The notes beneath the pieces were generated by a model. It saw nothing but the letters and a program-made list of their open reading frames with translations, was not told where the DNA came from and did no database searches. A DNA stretch of 53,409 nucleotides from Nitrososphaeria archaeon (GTDB lineage: Archaea > Thermoproteota > Nitrososphaeria > Conexivisphaerales > UBA164), in assembly GCA_046536595.1 (NCBI GenBank), contig JAWDMM010000004.1, forward strand, positions 1 to 53,409. Direction: 5' to 3'. Shown here in pieces: positions 9,139 through 18,459 of the stretch; the first letter of the stretch is position 1; every line of letters begins with the position of its first letter. The position numbers and the translations under genes are program-made.

Positions 9139-9981
9139 TTGATAAAAGAAAGGCAGATCATATACAAAAAAGAGCTTGCTACCAACATTTATGAAATACT
9201 TGTTCAAGCTCCAAAAGTAGCCAGGGCAGCTCATGCCGGACAGTTTGTACTTATCATGGTCGATGAAAAAGGTGAAAGGGTCCCAATGACGCTTGTAGAC
9301 TGGAACTCTGAAGTAGGCTGGATCAAGATAGTTTACCAGGAAGTTGGAACTTCCACCATAAAGCTATCTATGAAAAACGTAGGCGATGAGATATACTATG
9401 TTGCGGGGCCACTAGGTCATCCTTCTAGGGTTTCAAAATTTGGGAACGTCCTGATGGTCGGCGGGGGCGTGGGCATTCCTGCGCTTTATCCTATAGCTAG
9501 GGAGTTGAAAAGGCTTGGAAACAGAGTAATTACAGTAATAGGGGCAAAGACATCAAACGCGCTTATTTATGAAAAAGAAATGTCGGAAGTCAGCGATGAA
9601 GTTCACATAACAACTGATGACGGCTCAAAAGGACTTAAAGGGTTTACCGTTGATGCAGTAAAGCTTTTGCTAAATCAGGGTGAAAAGTTCGATGCTGTAT
9701 GGGCTGTTGGACCGGCATTGATGATGAAGGCTGTTGCTGAAGCTACAAACAGCAAGATACCTGTATCTTACTCAAGCCTGAACTCTCTTATGGTCTGCGG
9801 CGTCGGTATGTGTGGAGCGTGCAGGGTTACTGTAGGAAACAAAACAGTCCTTACTTGTGTTGATGGCCCTGAATTTGATTCTTATCAGGTTAACTGGAAA
9901 GAGCTTGCGATAAGGCTTCAGGCATACAAGAAAGAAGAAATGATTTCTCTTGAAATGTTAAAGGGGGCTGGTAAAGTATGA
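9139..9981 (+). CDS. nfnA: NfnA/SudB small subunit (FAD, [2Fe-2S])
   Basis: AGQFV, GERVPMT, GPLGHP, GGGVG, TDDGS.G.KG, MVCGVGMCGACRV..CVDGPEF. Confidence 0.88.
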   Translation: MIKERQIIYKKELATNIYEILVQAPKVARAAHAGQFVLIMVDEKGERVPMTLVDWNSEVGWIKIVYQEVGTSTIKLSMKNVGDEIYYVAGPLGHPSRVSKFGNVLMVGGGVGIPALYPIARELKRLGNRVITVIGAKTSNALIYEKEMSEVSDEVHITTDDGSKGLKGFTVDAVKLLLNQGEKFDAVWAVGPALMMKAVAEATNSKIPVSYSSLNSLMVCGVGMCGACRVTVGNKTVLTCVDGPEFDSYQVNWKELAIRLQAYKKEEMISLEMLKGAGKV

Positions 9982-11357
9982 GCAAGATAGGTCATCGTTT
10001 GGAACCAAAGACAAGGCCGCCTGAGATAAGGAAGAAAGACTTTGATGAGGTTGAGCTCACAATATCCCCAGAAGAAGCGATGAAAGAAGCTTCAAGAGAC
10101 ATTAAGTTCTGTGCAGCTCCCTGTAGCGTTAGAGGTTGCCCCGTTAACGTAAACGTGCCAGGTTTCCTTAAAAAAGTAAGTGAGGGGGACTTTAAGGAAG
10201 CATACAAAATACTGATACAAAACACTCCAGTGCCTTCTATAACAGGAAGGGTATGCCAGCAAGAAATTCAGTGTGAAGGACAATGCGTTCTAAGAAGGGT
10301 TGGAGAACCAATCGCTATAGGCGCTGTTGAAAGGTTTGTGGGGGACTGGGCTCTTGACAACAACATAGAAATCCCAGTAACTGTGGAAAAGAAACACAAA
10401 AAAGTAGCCGTAGTGGGCTCTGGTCCTTCTGGTATTGTAGCCGCAGCAGACCTAGCTAGAATGGGTTATGACGTAACTATGTATGAAGCTTTTCACATAC
10501 CTGGCGGCGTTCTGGCATACGGAATTCCGGAATTCAGGCTGCCAAAAAGGATACTGAAAAAAGAGTTTGAAAGGCTTCAGAACTTGGGAGTGGACATAGA
10601 ACTTGGAGTCGTTGTAGGGACTACATATACCATTCCCGAACTGTTAAAGGATTACAACGCTGTATTTCTTGGAGTCGGAGCAGGAAGACCTATGTTTTTG
10701 AACGTACCTGGAGAAAATCTGGCCGGAATATATACAGCAAATGAATTTTTGACAAGAGTTAATCTCATGAAGGCTTATATGTTCCCAGAATATGATACGC
10801 CTATCCATGTAGGCAAAAAAGTTGCAGTAATCGGCGCAGGGAATACCGCTATGGATGCAGCCAGGTCTGCGCTGAGGCTAGGAGCTGATGTTTATGTAAT
10901 TTACAGAAGAGGGAGGAACGAAGTATCAGCAAGAGCTGTTGAATTTAAACACGCAGAAGAGGAAGGCGTCAAATTTATTTTCTGGGCAACGCCTGTTGAA
11001 TTTCAATCAAGCGATGGCGTAAACGTTTCCAACATTAAGCTCATGAAGATGAAGCCAGGGGAACCTGACAGGAGTGGAAGGCCAAGGCCAGTTCCTACAG
11101 GAGAAACGTTTGACTTTGATACTGATATGGTCATAACTGCAATAGGATTTTACCCCAATCCTCTTATTCCTCAAATGACACAGGGTCTTAAAGTTGATGA
11201 TCATGGCAGAGTTGTTGTTGATCTAGAAGGCAGGACCTCTATTCCTCACGTTTACGCTGGAGGAGACATAGTTACTGGAGAATCAACCGTGATCGAAGCT
11301 ATGGGCTGGGGTAGAAGGGTCGCAAGAACAATCGATAAAGACCTTCAAAAAATTTAG
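9978..11357 (+). CDS. nfnB: NfnB/SudA large subunit (GltD-like, NADPH/FAD, Fe-S)
   Basis: GCPV, GRVC.QE.QCE, GSGPSG, YGIPEFRLP, GAGNTAMDAAR, YRR, AGGDIVTG; overlaps nfnA. Confidence 0.88.
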   Translation: MSKIGHRLEPKTRPPEIRKKDFDEVELTISPEEAMKEASRDIKFCAAPCSVRGCPVNVNVPGFLKKVSEGDFKEAYKILIQNTPVPSITGRVCQQEIQCEGQCVLRRVGEPIAIGAVERFVGDWALDNNIEIPVTVEKKHKKVAVVGSGPSGIVAAADLARMGYDVTMYEAFHIPGGVLAYGIPEFRLPKRILKKEFERLQNLGVDIELGVVVGTTYTIPELLKDYNAVFLGVGAGRPMFLNVPGENLAGIYTANEFLTRVNLMKAYMFPEYDTPIHVGKKVAVIGAGNTAMDAARSALRLGADVYVIYRRGRNEVSARAVEFKHAEEEGVKFIFWATPVEFQSSDGVNVSNIKLMKMKPGEPDRSGRPRPVPTGETFDFDTDMVITAIGFYPNPLIPQMTQGLKVDDHGRVVVDLEGRTSIPHVYAGGDIVTGESTVIEAMGWGRRVARTIDKDLQKI

Positions 11358-11722
11358 TCTTTTTCTTTTAGCATGTCAGACAACGACAAACTTTTTCCGT
11401 CCTTTACTATGGTTATCTTTGTCTCCAAGCTTACTGGTATTCCTATGTTTCTTAATATATAAAGCAGTTCGCTTCCGCTTATCTTTTCGTTTATAACCCC
11501 TTTTTTGATAAGTTCTGCAAGTTTTTTTACAAAAAGATTTGTTTCGTTTGGAAATTGAGATAAAGCGGCATCAAGAACTTCATTTCCCCTATCATACAGG
11601 TATGATTTTACTAACTTTACTGGGTCATCTTCGTCCTTTTTCTGTTGCTGTTTTTTCATTAACTCTAAAAGTTTCTTTTTAAGAAGCATTTCTTCTATTT
11701 CATCGCCGGAAGACATGAACAT
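11354..11722 (-). CDS. PDCD5-like dsDNA-binding protein
   Basis: Acidic/basic N-terminal helix, RG.EVL..A..QFP, L..LI..G.I..KIS..EL..IL pattern. Confidence 0.65.
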   Translation of the reverse strand: MFMSSGDEIEEMLLKKKLLELMKKQQQKKDEDDPVKLVKSYLYDRGNEVLDAALSQFPNETNLFVKKLAELIKKGVINEKISGSELLYILRNIGIPVSLETKITIVKDGKSLSLSDMLKEKD

Positions 11723-11873
11723 TTTTTTAGAAAAGAAATATAAAACCTTTGCTCATAGAACATTTATTTGTTGATTTAACGGCGTTACCATTGAAAAATT
11801 AAAAAAATCGACAGGTAGAAGACTTTTTTCTTATACATAAAACATAATAAGACAGAACGTAAAATAAAAACCG

Positions 11874-14414
11874 ATGACTGTTAATGAGTTAATCCAGTTT
11901 GTAAATAGAGTGGTTGCTGATACGTCAAATTTAGAGCGCGGCTTCTTGTTGGGTGCTGGTTATGACGGTGACAGAAAAGTCGCATATTTAAAAATACTCG
12001 ATCCAAACACCCAAAAGGTTTATTATTACTATGACAAAACTTTTCACAAACCTTATTGCTTTAGCAAAAAATCACCATCAGAGCTTGCGTATTTGAGAAA
12101 AAGAGATGATGTTGAGGATATAGTCGTTGAAGAAAAATGGGATCCACTAACAGATAACATGATTGAAGTTTCTAAAATAATTACAAAGGATCCGCTAGCT
12201 GTTGGAGGACACCCAAGTGAGAAAAGTATAAGAAACATAGAAACATGCTATGAGGCAGACATAAAGTATTATGAAAATTATCTTTATGACCTTGGTTTGA
12301 TACCCGGAACTTTTGTTAAGTTAGAAAACAACAAAGTGCAAGAAATACTTAACGAATTTTCAGAAGAAATGCAGACTGCTCTGAAGGAAGCTATGCTGGA
12401 GTCAGACGAATATTTAAAAAAATATATAGAAGAATATGCGGCGTTACTCTCGCAGCCTTTCCCTCAAATAAAGAGGGCAGCAATAGACATAGAAGTTTTG
12501 ACGGAGATTGAAAACAGATTGCCAGACCCTGAAAAGGCAACACAACCAATAATAAGTATAGCTCTGGCTGGAAATGACGGCAAAAAGGTTGTTTTCGCCA
12601 TCAGAAGGAATGACGTAGAAACTGGATCAGCTCCTGAGATGCCAAAAGATGTGGAGCTCAAATTTTTTGATGACGAAAAACAGTTGCTTATAGAATTTTT
12701 TAAAGAAATAACAAACTATCCAATAATTGTGACGTTCAACGGCGATTCTTTTGATATGCCATATCTTTATCACAGGGCTCAAAACTTAAAGATTCCGAGG
12801 GATGCAATTCCTATTGTTTTAGGAAGGGAAATAGCCAGCATCGTACATGGCATCCACATTGATCTCTACAAGACCTTTGTAAACAAATCAATACAGGGCT
12901 ATGCTTTTGGAAACAGATATAACGAGCACACTTTGAACGCAATAAGCGAAGGTATACTAGGTGAAGAAAAAGTTGAAGTTGAAGGTTCAATAAACGACCT
13001 CCCAATTATGAATCTGGCTTTTTACAACTATACAGATGCCAAATTGACTCTTGAACTTACAAGCTATGATAACGATCTTCTAATGAAACTATTGATAACC
13101 CTTTCCAGGATAGCAAGGATGAACATTGAGGATACTTCGAGGCTAAGCGTTTCTAACTGGATAAGAAGCATGCTCATAAACGAACACAGAAAAAGAAACG
13201 CTTTGATCCCAAGAAAAGAAGAAATAGAACAAAAAGGACAGGAAGCCTCTTCTAAGGCTATAATTAAAGGTAAAAAGTATCAGGGGGGCTTTGTTGTAGA
13301 ACCATTACCAGGAGTGCATTTTCACGTAGTAGTTTTGGATTTTGCGAGCCTGTATCCAAGTATAATTAAGGTTTTTAACCTGAGTTACGAAACTGTCAAA
13401 TGCCCTCATGAAGAGTGCAGGACCAACATACTTCCCAATACGTCATACTGGGTATGCACCAAGATGAGAGGCATGACGTCATTATTAATAGGAGCGCTGC
13501 GCGACATTAGGGTAAATTACTTTAAAAGGTTGAGCAAAAAAGCAAAAAGCAAAGAAGAAAAGGAATTCTACAATGTAATATCCCAAGCACTAAAGGTTGT
13601 CCTCAATGCTTCATACGGCGTTATGGGGTTCGAAAACTTTCCTTTTTACTGTTTGCCTGTAGCAGAATCAACAACTGCTTTAGGAAGGTACTCTATTCAG
13701 CAAACTATTGAAAAAGCAAAGTCGCTAGGAGTTACTGTAATTTATGGAGATACTGACAGCCTGTTCTTAAAAAATCCAACAGATGATCAAGTAAAAGAAA
13801 TCGTAGATTTTGCGAAGGAAAAGCTCGGTATCGATCTAGAAGTTGATAAGGTATATAGATATGTCGCTTTCAGTCAAAGGAAGAAAAACTATATAGGAGT
13901 TTACGAGGATGGTTCAGTTGAAGTAAAGGGCCTTTCTGGCAAGAAGAGCCACGTTCCTGATTTTATTAAGAACGTATTCTTCGATGTCATAAATATACTT
14001 GGCAAGGTAAAATCGCCACAAGATTTTGAAATAGCAAAAGAGGAAATCAGAAAAAGGATAAGAAAAGCTTACAATGACATAAAGAACAGAAACGTCCCGT
14101 TAGAAGAACTGGCTTTTAAAGTCATGCTGAACAAACCTATTGAAAAATATACCGATACGACGCCACAGCACGTTAAAGCCGCAATGCTCTTAGCGCAGAA
14201 AAAGGAAGTTAAACCGGGAGATATAATAGCGTTCGTAAAAACCACGACCAAAGACGGAGTAAAACCAGTTGAAATGGCAAGAAAGGAAGAAATAGACGTT
14301 GATAAATACATAGAGTTCATGGAAAGCACGTTTGAACAGCTTCTGGATGCCCTGGGTTTCAGCTTTGATGAAATTATTGGTGCGACCAAGCTGGAGGACT
14401 TTTTCAGCTTTTGA
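11874..14414 (+). CDS. polB1: Family B DNA polymerase (PolB1 type)
   Basis: Exo motifs DIEV and FNGDSFD; polymerase motifs DFASLYPSII, KVVLNASYG, YGDTDSLF, KKNY; N-terminal HKPYC and YEADIKY. Confidence 0.95.
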   Translation: MTVNELIQFVNRVVADTSNLERGFLLGAGYDGDRKVAYLKILDPNTQKVYYYYDKTFHKPYCFSKKSPSELAYLRKRDDVEDIVVEEKWDPLTDNMIEVSKIITKDPLAVGGHPSEKSIRNIETCYEADIKYYENYLYDLGLIPGTFVKLENNKVQEILNEFSEEMQTALKEAMLESDEYLKKYIEEYAALLSQPFPQIKRAAIDIEVLTEIENRLPDPEKATQPIISIALAGNDGKKVVFAIRRNDVETGSAPEMPKDVELKFFDDEKQLLIEFFKEITNYPIIVTFNGDSFDMPYLYHRAQNLKIPRDAIPIVLGREIASIVHGIHIDLYKTFVNKSIQGYAFGNRYNEHTLNAISEGILGEEKVEVEGSINDLPIMNLAFYNYTDAKLTLELTSYDNDLLMKLLITLSRIARMNIEDTSRLSVSNWIRSMLINEHRKRNALIPRKEEIEQKGQEASSKAIIKGKKYQGGFVVEPLPGVHFHVVVLDFASLYPSIIKVFNLSYETVKCPHEECRTNILPNTSYWVCTKMRGMTSLLIGALRDIRVNYFKRLSKKAKSKEEKEFYNVISQALKVVLNASYGVMGFENFPFYCLPVAESTTALGRYSIQQTIEKAKSLGVTVIYGDTDSLFLKNPTDDQVKEIVDFAKEKLGIDLEVDKVYRYVAFSQRKKNYIGVYEDGSVEVKGLSGKKSHVPDFIKNVFFDVINILGKVKSPQDFEIAKEEIRKRIRKAYNDIKNRNVPLEELAFKVMLNKPIEKYTDTTPQHVKAAMLLAQKKEVKPGDIIAFVKTTTKDGVKPVEMARKEEIDVDKYIEFMESTFEQLLDALGFSFDEIIGATKLEDFFSF

Positions 14415-14872
14415 TCTTAATATACTTTGATGGCTTGTGCGAGCCAAAGAACCCTCGTGGCATAGCAACTTACGCTTATATAATAAAAGAGCCATCTGAG
14501 AAAAAGCTGGAGGAAGGGTTCGGACTGGCCGCAAAACCGTTTTCGGAAAGCAGCACAAACAACGTAGCTGAGTACGCTGGCGCCGTTTGCGGTTTAAAAG
14601 AAGGATTAAAATATTCTAAAGATGCAGTCGTTTTAGGAGACTCTGCTCTTGTAATAAAACAGCTAAAAAAAGAATATAAAATCAGGTCAAAAAAACTTTT
14701 GCCTTATTATGAAGCAGCAAATAATCTTATTGCTAAATATTCCAGCTTAGAATTCAAATGGATACCAAGAGAAGAGAACGAAGAAGCGGATTCTTTGACG
14801 AGAAGAGCCTACGCTCTTTACAAACAAGGGATATTAAAGTATAAAGACTTTTTTAAAAAATGCATTTTTTGA
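14411..14872 (+). CDS. rnhA: Ribonuclease HI
   Basis: YFDGLCEP.NP.G, TNNVAEY, GDSALV, WIPREEN..AD.L; TTG start overlaps the polB stop. Confidence 0.9.
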   Translation: MILIYFDGLCEPKNPRGIATYAYIIKEPSEKKLEEGFGLAAKPFSESSTNNVAEYAGAVCGLKEGLKYSKDAVVLGDSALVIKQLKKEYKIRSKKLLPYYEAANNLIAKYSSLEFKWIPREENEEADSLTRRAYALYKQGILKYKDFFKKCIF

Positions 14873-14915
14873 TTTTTTATAAACATATAAATAGACAAAT
14901 AATTTACGCATAAAA

Positions 14916-16136
14916 GTGATAACAAAAATGAAAGGAAACAACAGAGTCCTGGTCTTTACATCTTTGGGACACTTTATCAACGATAGCTTTCTCGTTCTTT
15001 TCCCTGTTCTGTCGATGTATTATCTAAGTCTGGGGATCAACGCAACTGCCATCGGTATACTGGGCGCTGTATACAACTTTTTATCTGGTTTCCTGGGGGC
15101 TCCTATAGGAAGGATAAGCGACAGAACGGGTAAGTATGCTGAATTAATGTTTATGGGGTTTTTACTTATTTTCTTATCGGGTATATTTTTTATCTTGTCT
15201 TTTTTCAATTCAGATCTTCTTATAAAATATGTTACTGTTTCAATAGCTTCCTTATTCCTTGGTAGTGGACTTGCATTTTACCATCCTTTAGGAGGTGCTA
15301 TTTTGCAACTTTCTTACGATAAAGATGAAGCTCCTAAAGCCTTGGGCATTAACGGATCAATGGGAAGTCTTGGTAGAGCTATTGCTCCTTATGTTTTGGT
15401 TGTGCTTTTTGACGATCTTGGAGTTACTAAAGGGCTTCTTGCTGTACTTATTGTTACGCTAATGTTAAGCTTTACCACATATTACGGATTAAAAGAGTTT
15501 AGCTACAAACAAGAAAAAAATTTAGTTCAAGAAGGTGAAATGGCTTCATTAAAGCCTTACATGTACATCTTGCTTCCCCTCACAGTGATAGTTTTTGTAA
15601 GATCTATGTTCATTGCAGGGGTTCAACTTTTTGCGCCAACTTATCTTTTCATGCTTTATAAATCACATTATGTTGCAGGAGTTTTCCTGACGATCTCATA
15701 TGCAACGGCAATAATAGGCCAGCCTTACTTTGGCAAACTGACGTCACAGAAGGGTGGAAGGTTTGTTGTAATTTTGACTACTTCTTTGTCTACTGTTTTT
15801 TACCTTCTTTTTGTATATTTAAAGAATTATTATGTTCAGCTGCTATCTTTTGCAATTTTTGCTTTTTTTGCCTTTAGCGGTTTTCCAAATTTGCTTGGCT
15901 ATGTATCCCAAGTCGTTGATAAAAAGGTTTTTGCCAGAGCAAACGGCGTCGTTTGGAGTTATGGAAACATGCTTGGCGGAGCTTTAGGGATGATAATAGG
16001 TGGGCCTATAGCAGGCTCTTTTGGGTTTTTTTATGCCATGCTAACTTATGGCATTCTGGGCGTAGTTTCTTCCATACTTTTGATCTTTCTTCCTAAAACA
16101 GCAAAAACTGAAACAGAGCCCTTAAGAGTTAAATAG
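14916..16136 (+). CDS. MFS transporter
   Basis: About 12 hydrophobic segments; motif A G.ISDRTG; GHFIND and FYHPLG (Fsr-like). Confidence 0.88.
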   Translation: MITKMKGNNRVLVFTSLGHFINDSFLVLFPVLSMYYLSLGINATAIGILGAVYNFLSGFLGAPIGRISDRTGKYAELMFMGFLLIFLSGIFFILSFFNSDLLIKYVTVSIASLFLGSGLAFYHPLGGAILQLSYDKDEAPKALGINGSMGSLGRAIAPYVLVVLFDDLGVTKGLLAVLIVTLMLSFTTYYGLKEFSYKQEKNLVQEGEMASLKPYMYILLPLTVIVFVRSMFIAGVQLFAPTYLFMLYKSHYVAGVFLTISYATAIIGQPYFGKLTSQKGGRFVVILTTSLSTVFYLLFVYLKNYYVQLLSFAIFAFFAFSGFPNLLGYVSQVVDKKVFARANGVVWSYGNMLGGALGMIIGGPIAGSFGFFYAMLTYGILGVVSSILLIFLPKTAKTETEPLRVK

Positions 16137-16193
16137 TTGCAAACATTTTTGTATTAGTTTATATATTAATTCGTATTTTATATTTACAAGCGA

Positions 16194-17453
16194 ATGATAA
16201 TAGAAATAATGGATCCAATTTATGGCTTGCTTAAGCTTAACGATGTAGAAAGAGAAATCATCGATACTGCGGAATTTCAAAGATTAAGGAGAATAAAACA
16301 GCTCTCATCCGCAAACTTTGTTTATCCGAGCGCAAATCATACACGTTTTGAGCATTCGCTTGGAGCGATGCATTTAGCAGGTGTAATGGGTGAAGTTTTA
16401 ACAAACAAGGGTTATATATCGTCTGATGAAATACAAAAATTAAGACTGGCTGGCTTGTTGCATGATGTTGGACATGGTCCATTTTCGCATCTGTTTGAAG
16501 ATGCGGTTTCAAAAAAATACAAAACAAATCATGAAGAAATAGGCAGAAGAATCATAACTGAGAGCGCTATATCTGACGTTATAAAAAAATACGGTTATGA
16601 TCCAGTTGAGGTAGCGCAATTGGCAAACGGGATATACCCTAACAAGCCATTCATGAACGCTATAGTAGCAGGACCGTTGAGCGCGGATCTGATGGACTAC
16701 ATCCAAAGAGATTCTTACTATACAGGAGCGATTTATGGCAGAGTTAATGTTATGAAAATAATAAATTCAATGCACGTATATACAAATCAGCTTTCTATCG
16801 AAAAAGATGCAGTATCTGCATTCGAAGGTATGACTATAGCAAGATATGAAATGTTTAAAGAAGTGTACTTTCATAAAACATCAAGAGCTGCTGATGTAAT
16901 GTTAAGACATGCTATCGAGCTCTATGATAGCATAACAGGATTTGCTGATCCAAAGGATTTAAAAAATTATATAGAACTTACGGATGACATGCTTATAATA
17001 ACCATTCTTAAATCTGGAGAAAAAGAAGCGCAAAATGCAAGGAATTTTGTGAAAGATTATCTAACAAGAAATCTTTTAAAGCTGGTTTATGAAGAATCAT
17101 TCATAGGAAAAGACGCGTTTTTGGAAAAGTTGTTCAATCAAGAAATTCTGAGAGAAAGGTTAATTGCCCAGATTGAAGAAAAAGCATCTATTCCGCACGG
17201 AAATATTTTTATAGATCTTCCTACTGTTCCTTCTGTTCCTAGATCATTTGACAGAGAAGATTTAAAAAACATTCTTATCATGACAAAAGAAGGAATAAGA
17301 GAAATGTCGATTACAGATATACCTGTTATCGAAAGCATACAAGGCTATTATAACATCATGAGAATTTATTCAAGAAAAGAATACAGAGAAGGGGCAGAAA
17401 AAACAATAAAAGAGATATTCGGTTCTGGATATTATACCAAAATATCTGTGTGA
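16194..17453 (+). CDS. HD-superfamily phosphohydrolase (SAMHD1/dNTPase-like)
   Basis: DPIYG, FQRLRRIKQL, HTRFEHSLG, LLHDVGHGPFSH, D.MDYI.RD, VYFHK. Confidence 0.9.
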   Translation: MIIEIMDPIYGLLKLNDVEREIIDTAEFQRLRRIKQLSSANFVYPSANHTRFEHSLGAMHLAGVMGEVLTNKGYISSDEIQKLRLAGLLHDVGHGPFSHLFEDAVSKKYKTNHEEIGRRIITESAISDVIKKYGYDPVEVAQLANGIYPNKPFMNAIVAGPLSADLMDYIQRDSYYTGAIYGRVNVMKIINSMHVYTNQLSIEKDAVSAFEGMTIARYEMFKEVYFHKTSRAADVMLRHAIELYDSITGFADPKDLKNYIELTDDMLIITILKSGEKEAQNARNFVKDYLTRNLLKLVYEESFIGKDAFLEKLFNQEILRERLIAQIEEKASIPHGNIFIDLPTVPSVPRSFDREDLKNILIMTKEGIREMSITDIPVIESIQGYYNIMRIYSRKEYREGAEKTIKEIFGSGYYTKISV

Positions 17454-17515
17454 ACTCGTTTTCTAGTTCTGTTCAAAGATATCCTTAAATTTACACCATT
17501 TTATTATTATATTAT

Positions 17516-18148
17516 ATGACTGTTACTACCGAAGAAATGAGAAAGATTGAACAGTGGTCTTCTGAAAAAGGTTTTTCGACAACGCTGATGATGGAAAATG
17601 CCGGTAGAGCTATTTCTGAAGTAATTCTAGAAAGGTTTGACCCTAAAACTACCGGCAAAATATGCGTTATATGCGGAAAAGGAAATAATGGAGGAGATGC
17701 TTTAGCCGCCGCAAGACATTTATTGCTTTCAGGTTTTAATGTAGAAACATACATAATTGGAGGAGCTGTAAAAGAAGGAGATGCTGGTTTGATGCTAAAG
17801 CTCTATGAGTTGCTTAAAAAAGCTCATACTGAGCAGCCATCTTTAAACGAATTAAAAGGTTGCGAAATAATTGTAGATGGAATCTTTGGAACAGGTATCA
17901 AGGGCGAAATAAAAGAACCTTTTGCTTCAGTAATCCAAATGATAAATCAATCTCAAGCGTTTATAGTATCTGTTGATGTACCCAGCGGGTTGAACCCAGA
18001 TAATGGAGACGCGGCAAATGAGACCATTCAAGCTGATATCACCGTAACTTTACATGATGTAAAGCCAGGCCTTCTAAACAGCAAATATGTTGGAAAGTTA
18101 GTCATTAAAGAAATAGGCATACCTCTGATAAGCGGTAAGCAATCGTGA
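17516..18148 (+). CDS. nnrE: NAD(P)H-hydrate epimerase (YjeF-N)
   Basis: LMMENAG, CGKGNNGGD, DGIFGTG, VDVPSG motifs. Confidence 0.92.
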   Translation: MTVTTEEMRKIEQWSSEKGFSTTLMMENAGRAISEVILERFDPKTTGKICVICGKGNNGGDALAAARHLLLSGFNVETYIIGGAVKEGDAGLMLKLYELLKKAHTEQPSLNELKGCEIIVDGIFGTGIKGEIKEPFASVIQMINQSQAFIVSVDVPSGLNPDNGDAANETIQADITVTLHDVKPGLLNSKYVGKLVIKEIGIPLISGKQS

Positions 18149-18440
18149 ACTACCCGCCCTCACCAGTAGATCAAAATTTTTAGCGAAAGATGGCGTTTTA
18201 CCGTTTTTTTAAACCATGCACAATCCTGTGATCTAATAAAAGCGCATTAATATTTTTGAGATATGGAAAAATCTATAGATAATGCTCGTTTTTAAGCTTG
18301 TGCAGACAGGCTATAAAGAACAACCTGAAGCAGCATGACCCTTATAATGTATGAGTATAGCAAATTAATCATAAATTCAGATAAAAATTTTTGATCTACT
18401 GTTACGGAGGGGGACTTTCGCCCCCTTAACCCCCATAAAG
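18145..18440 (-). mobile_element. Minimal IS605-type element (right and left ends fused through their hairpins), interrupted by a MITE
   Basis: Right end GTGAACTACCCGCCCT at 18145. Left end ...GGGGACTTTCGCCCCCTTAACCCCCATAAAG|TTAAA at 18440 (TTTAA target on the minus strand), matching 29516-29550. Confidence 0.75.
18164..18401. mobile_element. 238-bp TIR MITE (CAG-terminated, possibly ISH3-like)
   Basis: TIRs CAGTAGATCAAAATTTTTA and TAAAAATTTTTGATCTACTG; flanks TCAC and TTAC fit a 4-bp TSD with one mismatch; no ORF. Confidence 0.8.
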
Positions 18441-18459
18441 TTAAAGAGAAAAATCACAT

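Noticed and set aside
11874..14414. Intein or virus-derived polymerase
   Set aside because: Normal length, contiguous motifs and housekeeping context.
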